In this document: positions 63,501 through 64,000 of the stretch, piece by piece
Layout of the letters: each line of letters starts with the position of its first letter
How positions within the stretch are numbered: position 1 is the first letter of the stretch
From: Gonapodya sp. JEL0774
Taxonomy: Eukaryota
Length of the DNA stretch: 64,000 bases
NCBI GenBank assembly: GCA_027604505.1
Contig: JADIIX010000013.1
Location: 124,001-188,000 of the forward strand
Direction: 5' to 3'
Position numbers and translations under genes: made by a program
The notes under the pieces: model-generated
Told to the model about the DNA's origin: nothing
Seen by the model: the letters and a program-made list of their open reading frames with translations, nothing else
The model's database searches: none

Positions 63501-64000
63501 TCTTGGCGGCACGAAGGCGAGCTGCCCTAGGATCGACGGAACAACCTTAGTTGGAATGACGGTCGGGAAGGGCCAGTCAAGGGACCGGCAAAAGCCAGTG
63601 AAGCATCATCTGCCTGCCCAACTGTGTTAATGCACAGTGCTGCGAAGCAAGCATCCACTTTGAGCTTCATGGCATTGCCTTCACGCCCTCCGCAATTGCT
63701 CATCATCTTGAACAAAGCAACTTCCTCAGTCCCCTGCTGTACTCACTCTTCCCCACTCATGGGTGTGAATTCAACCTGCTCGTCCGTGTAGGGGCGGCGA
63801 CAAGCCGGGCAAAGACTGTTCAAATTCTCTCGGATGTGATTCCAGCAGAAGCGACAAATCTTTGCGAAATTAAGTTATCAATGTTCAGTCCAGTACAAAA
63901 ACAGAAGGTGAATGGTACGGTCAATAGTACAATACGACCAGGTGAAACCAATTGATTCCAAAATCCAGAACGCATTTATCGCTCCAACGACACCGTGAAG
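57555..64000 (-). CDS. NOT4: CCR4-NOT E3 ligase Not4/Mot2 (C4C4 RING, RRM, CCCH) with a very long C-terminal extension; 5' end lies beyond the window
   Basis: ICRFCWNHIRENLNSLCPACRRPY, VVQRNLIYVVGL, EYFGQFGK, HGTTRYCAHYLRGQTCPNPNCVFLHE and LPATATW|AK. In-phase introns 61589-61668 and 60833-60879 join the downstream ORFs to the stop at 57555. Confidence 0.88.

Noticed and set aside
1..64000. Transposons, tRNA or rRNA genes
   Set aside because: No transposase, RT or integrase motifs, terminal repeats, cloverleafs or rRNA-like segments were recognised by eye. Small ncRNAs could have been missed.

Overview
Gene-dense, intron-rich eukaryotic DNA. Most introns are 47-90 nt GT-AG, and I can support about 21 protein-coding genes. 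An axonemal inner-arm dynein heavy chain together with fungal-type genes (Bfr1, Hut1, Oca/Siw14, Pre5, Not4, a fungal LCCL protein) points to a zoosporic, flagellated fungus of chytrid or monoblepharid grade; this is inference. Gene order: Cys-rich/poly-Pro type I membrane protein(+), TAF9(-), BFR1(-), Rieske-type oxygenase with an eroded Rieske domain(-), C2HC zinc-finger protein(+), Oca-family pseudophosphatase(+), two tandem HUT1 paralogues(+), PDI1(-), VOC/glyoxalase-like unknown(-), PRE5(+), conserved fungal TPR-like unknown(-), SPF30/SMNDC1(-), SPO11(+), Methyltransf_22-like(-), hypothetical(-), TTP-type tandem CCCH(+), DUF1279(+), DNAH7-like dynein(+), LCCL membrane protein(+), and a very long NOT4(-) running off the right edge. 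I saw no tRNA, rRNA, CRISPR array or transposon. Best leads: a candidate poison exon in the SPF30 intron, G-rich/C-rich strand-skew waves tied to splice sites, a decayed or Rieske-less oxygenase, a structured stop-free TAF9 intron, frequent AAG acceptors, and about 100-bp spacers between same-strand genes. Exon boundaries were read by eye, and family calls come from recalled motifs, not database searches.
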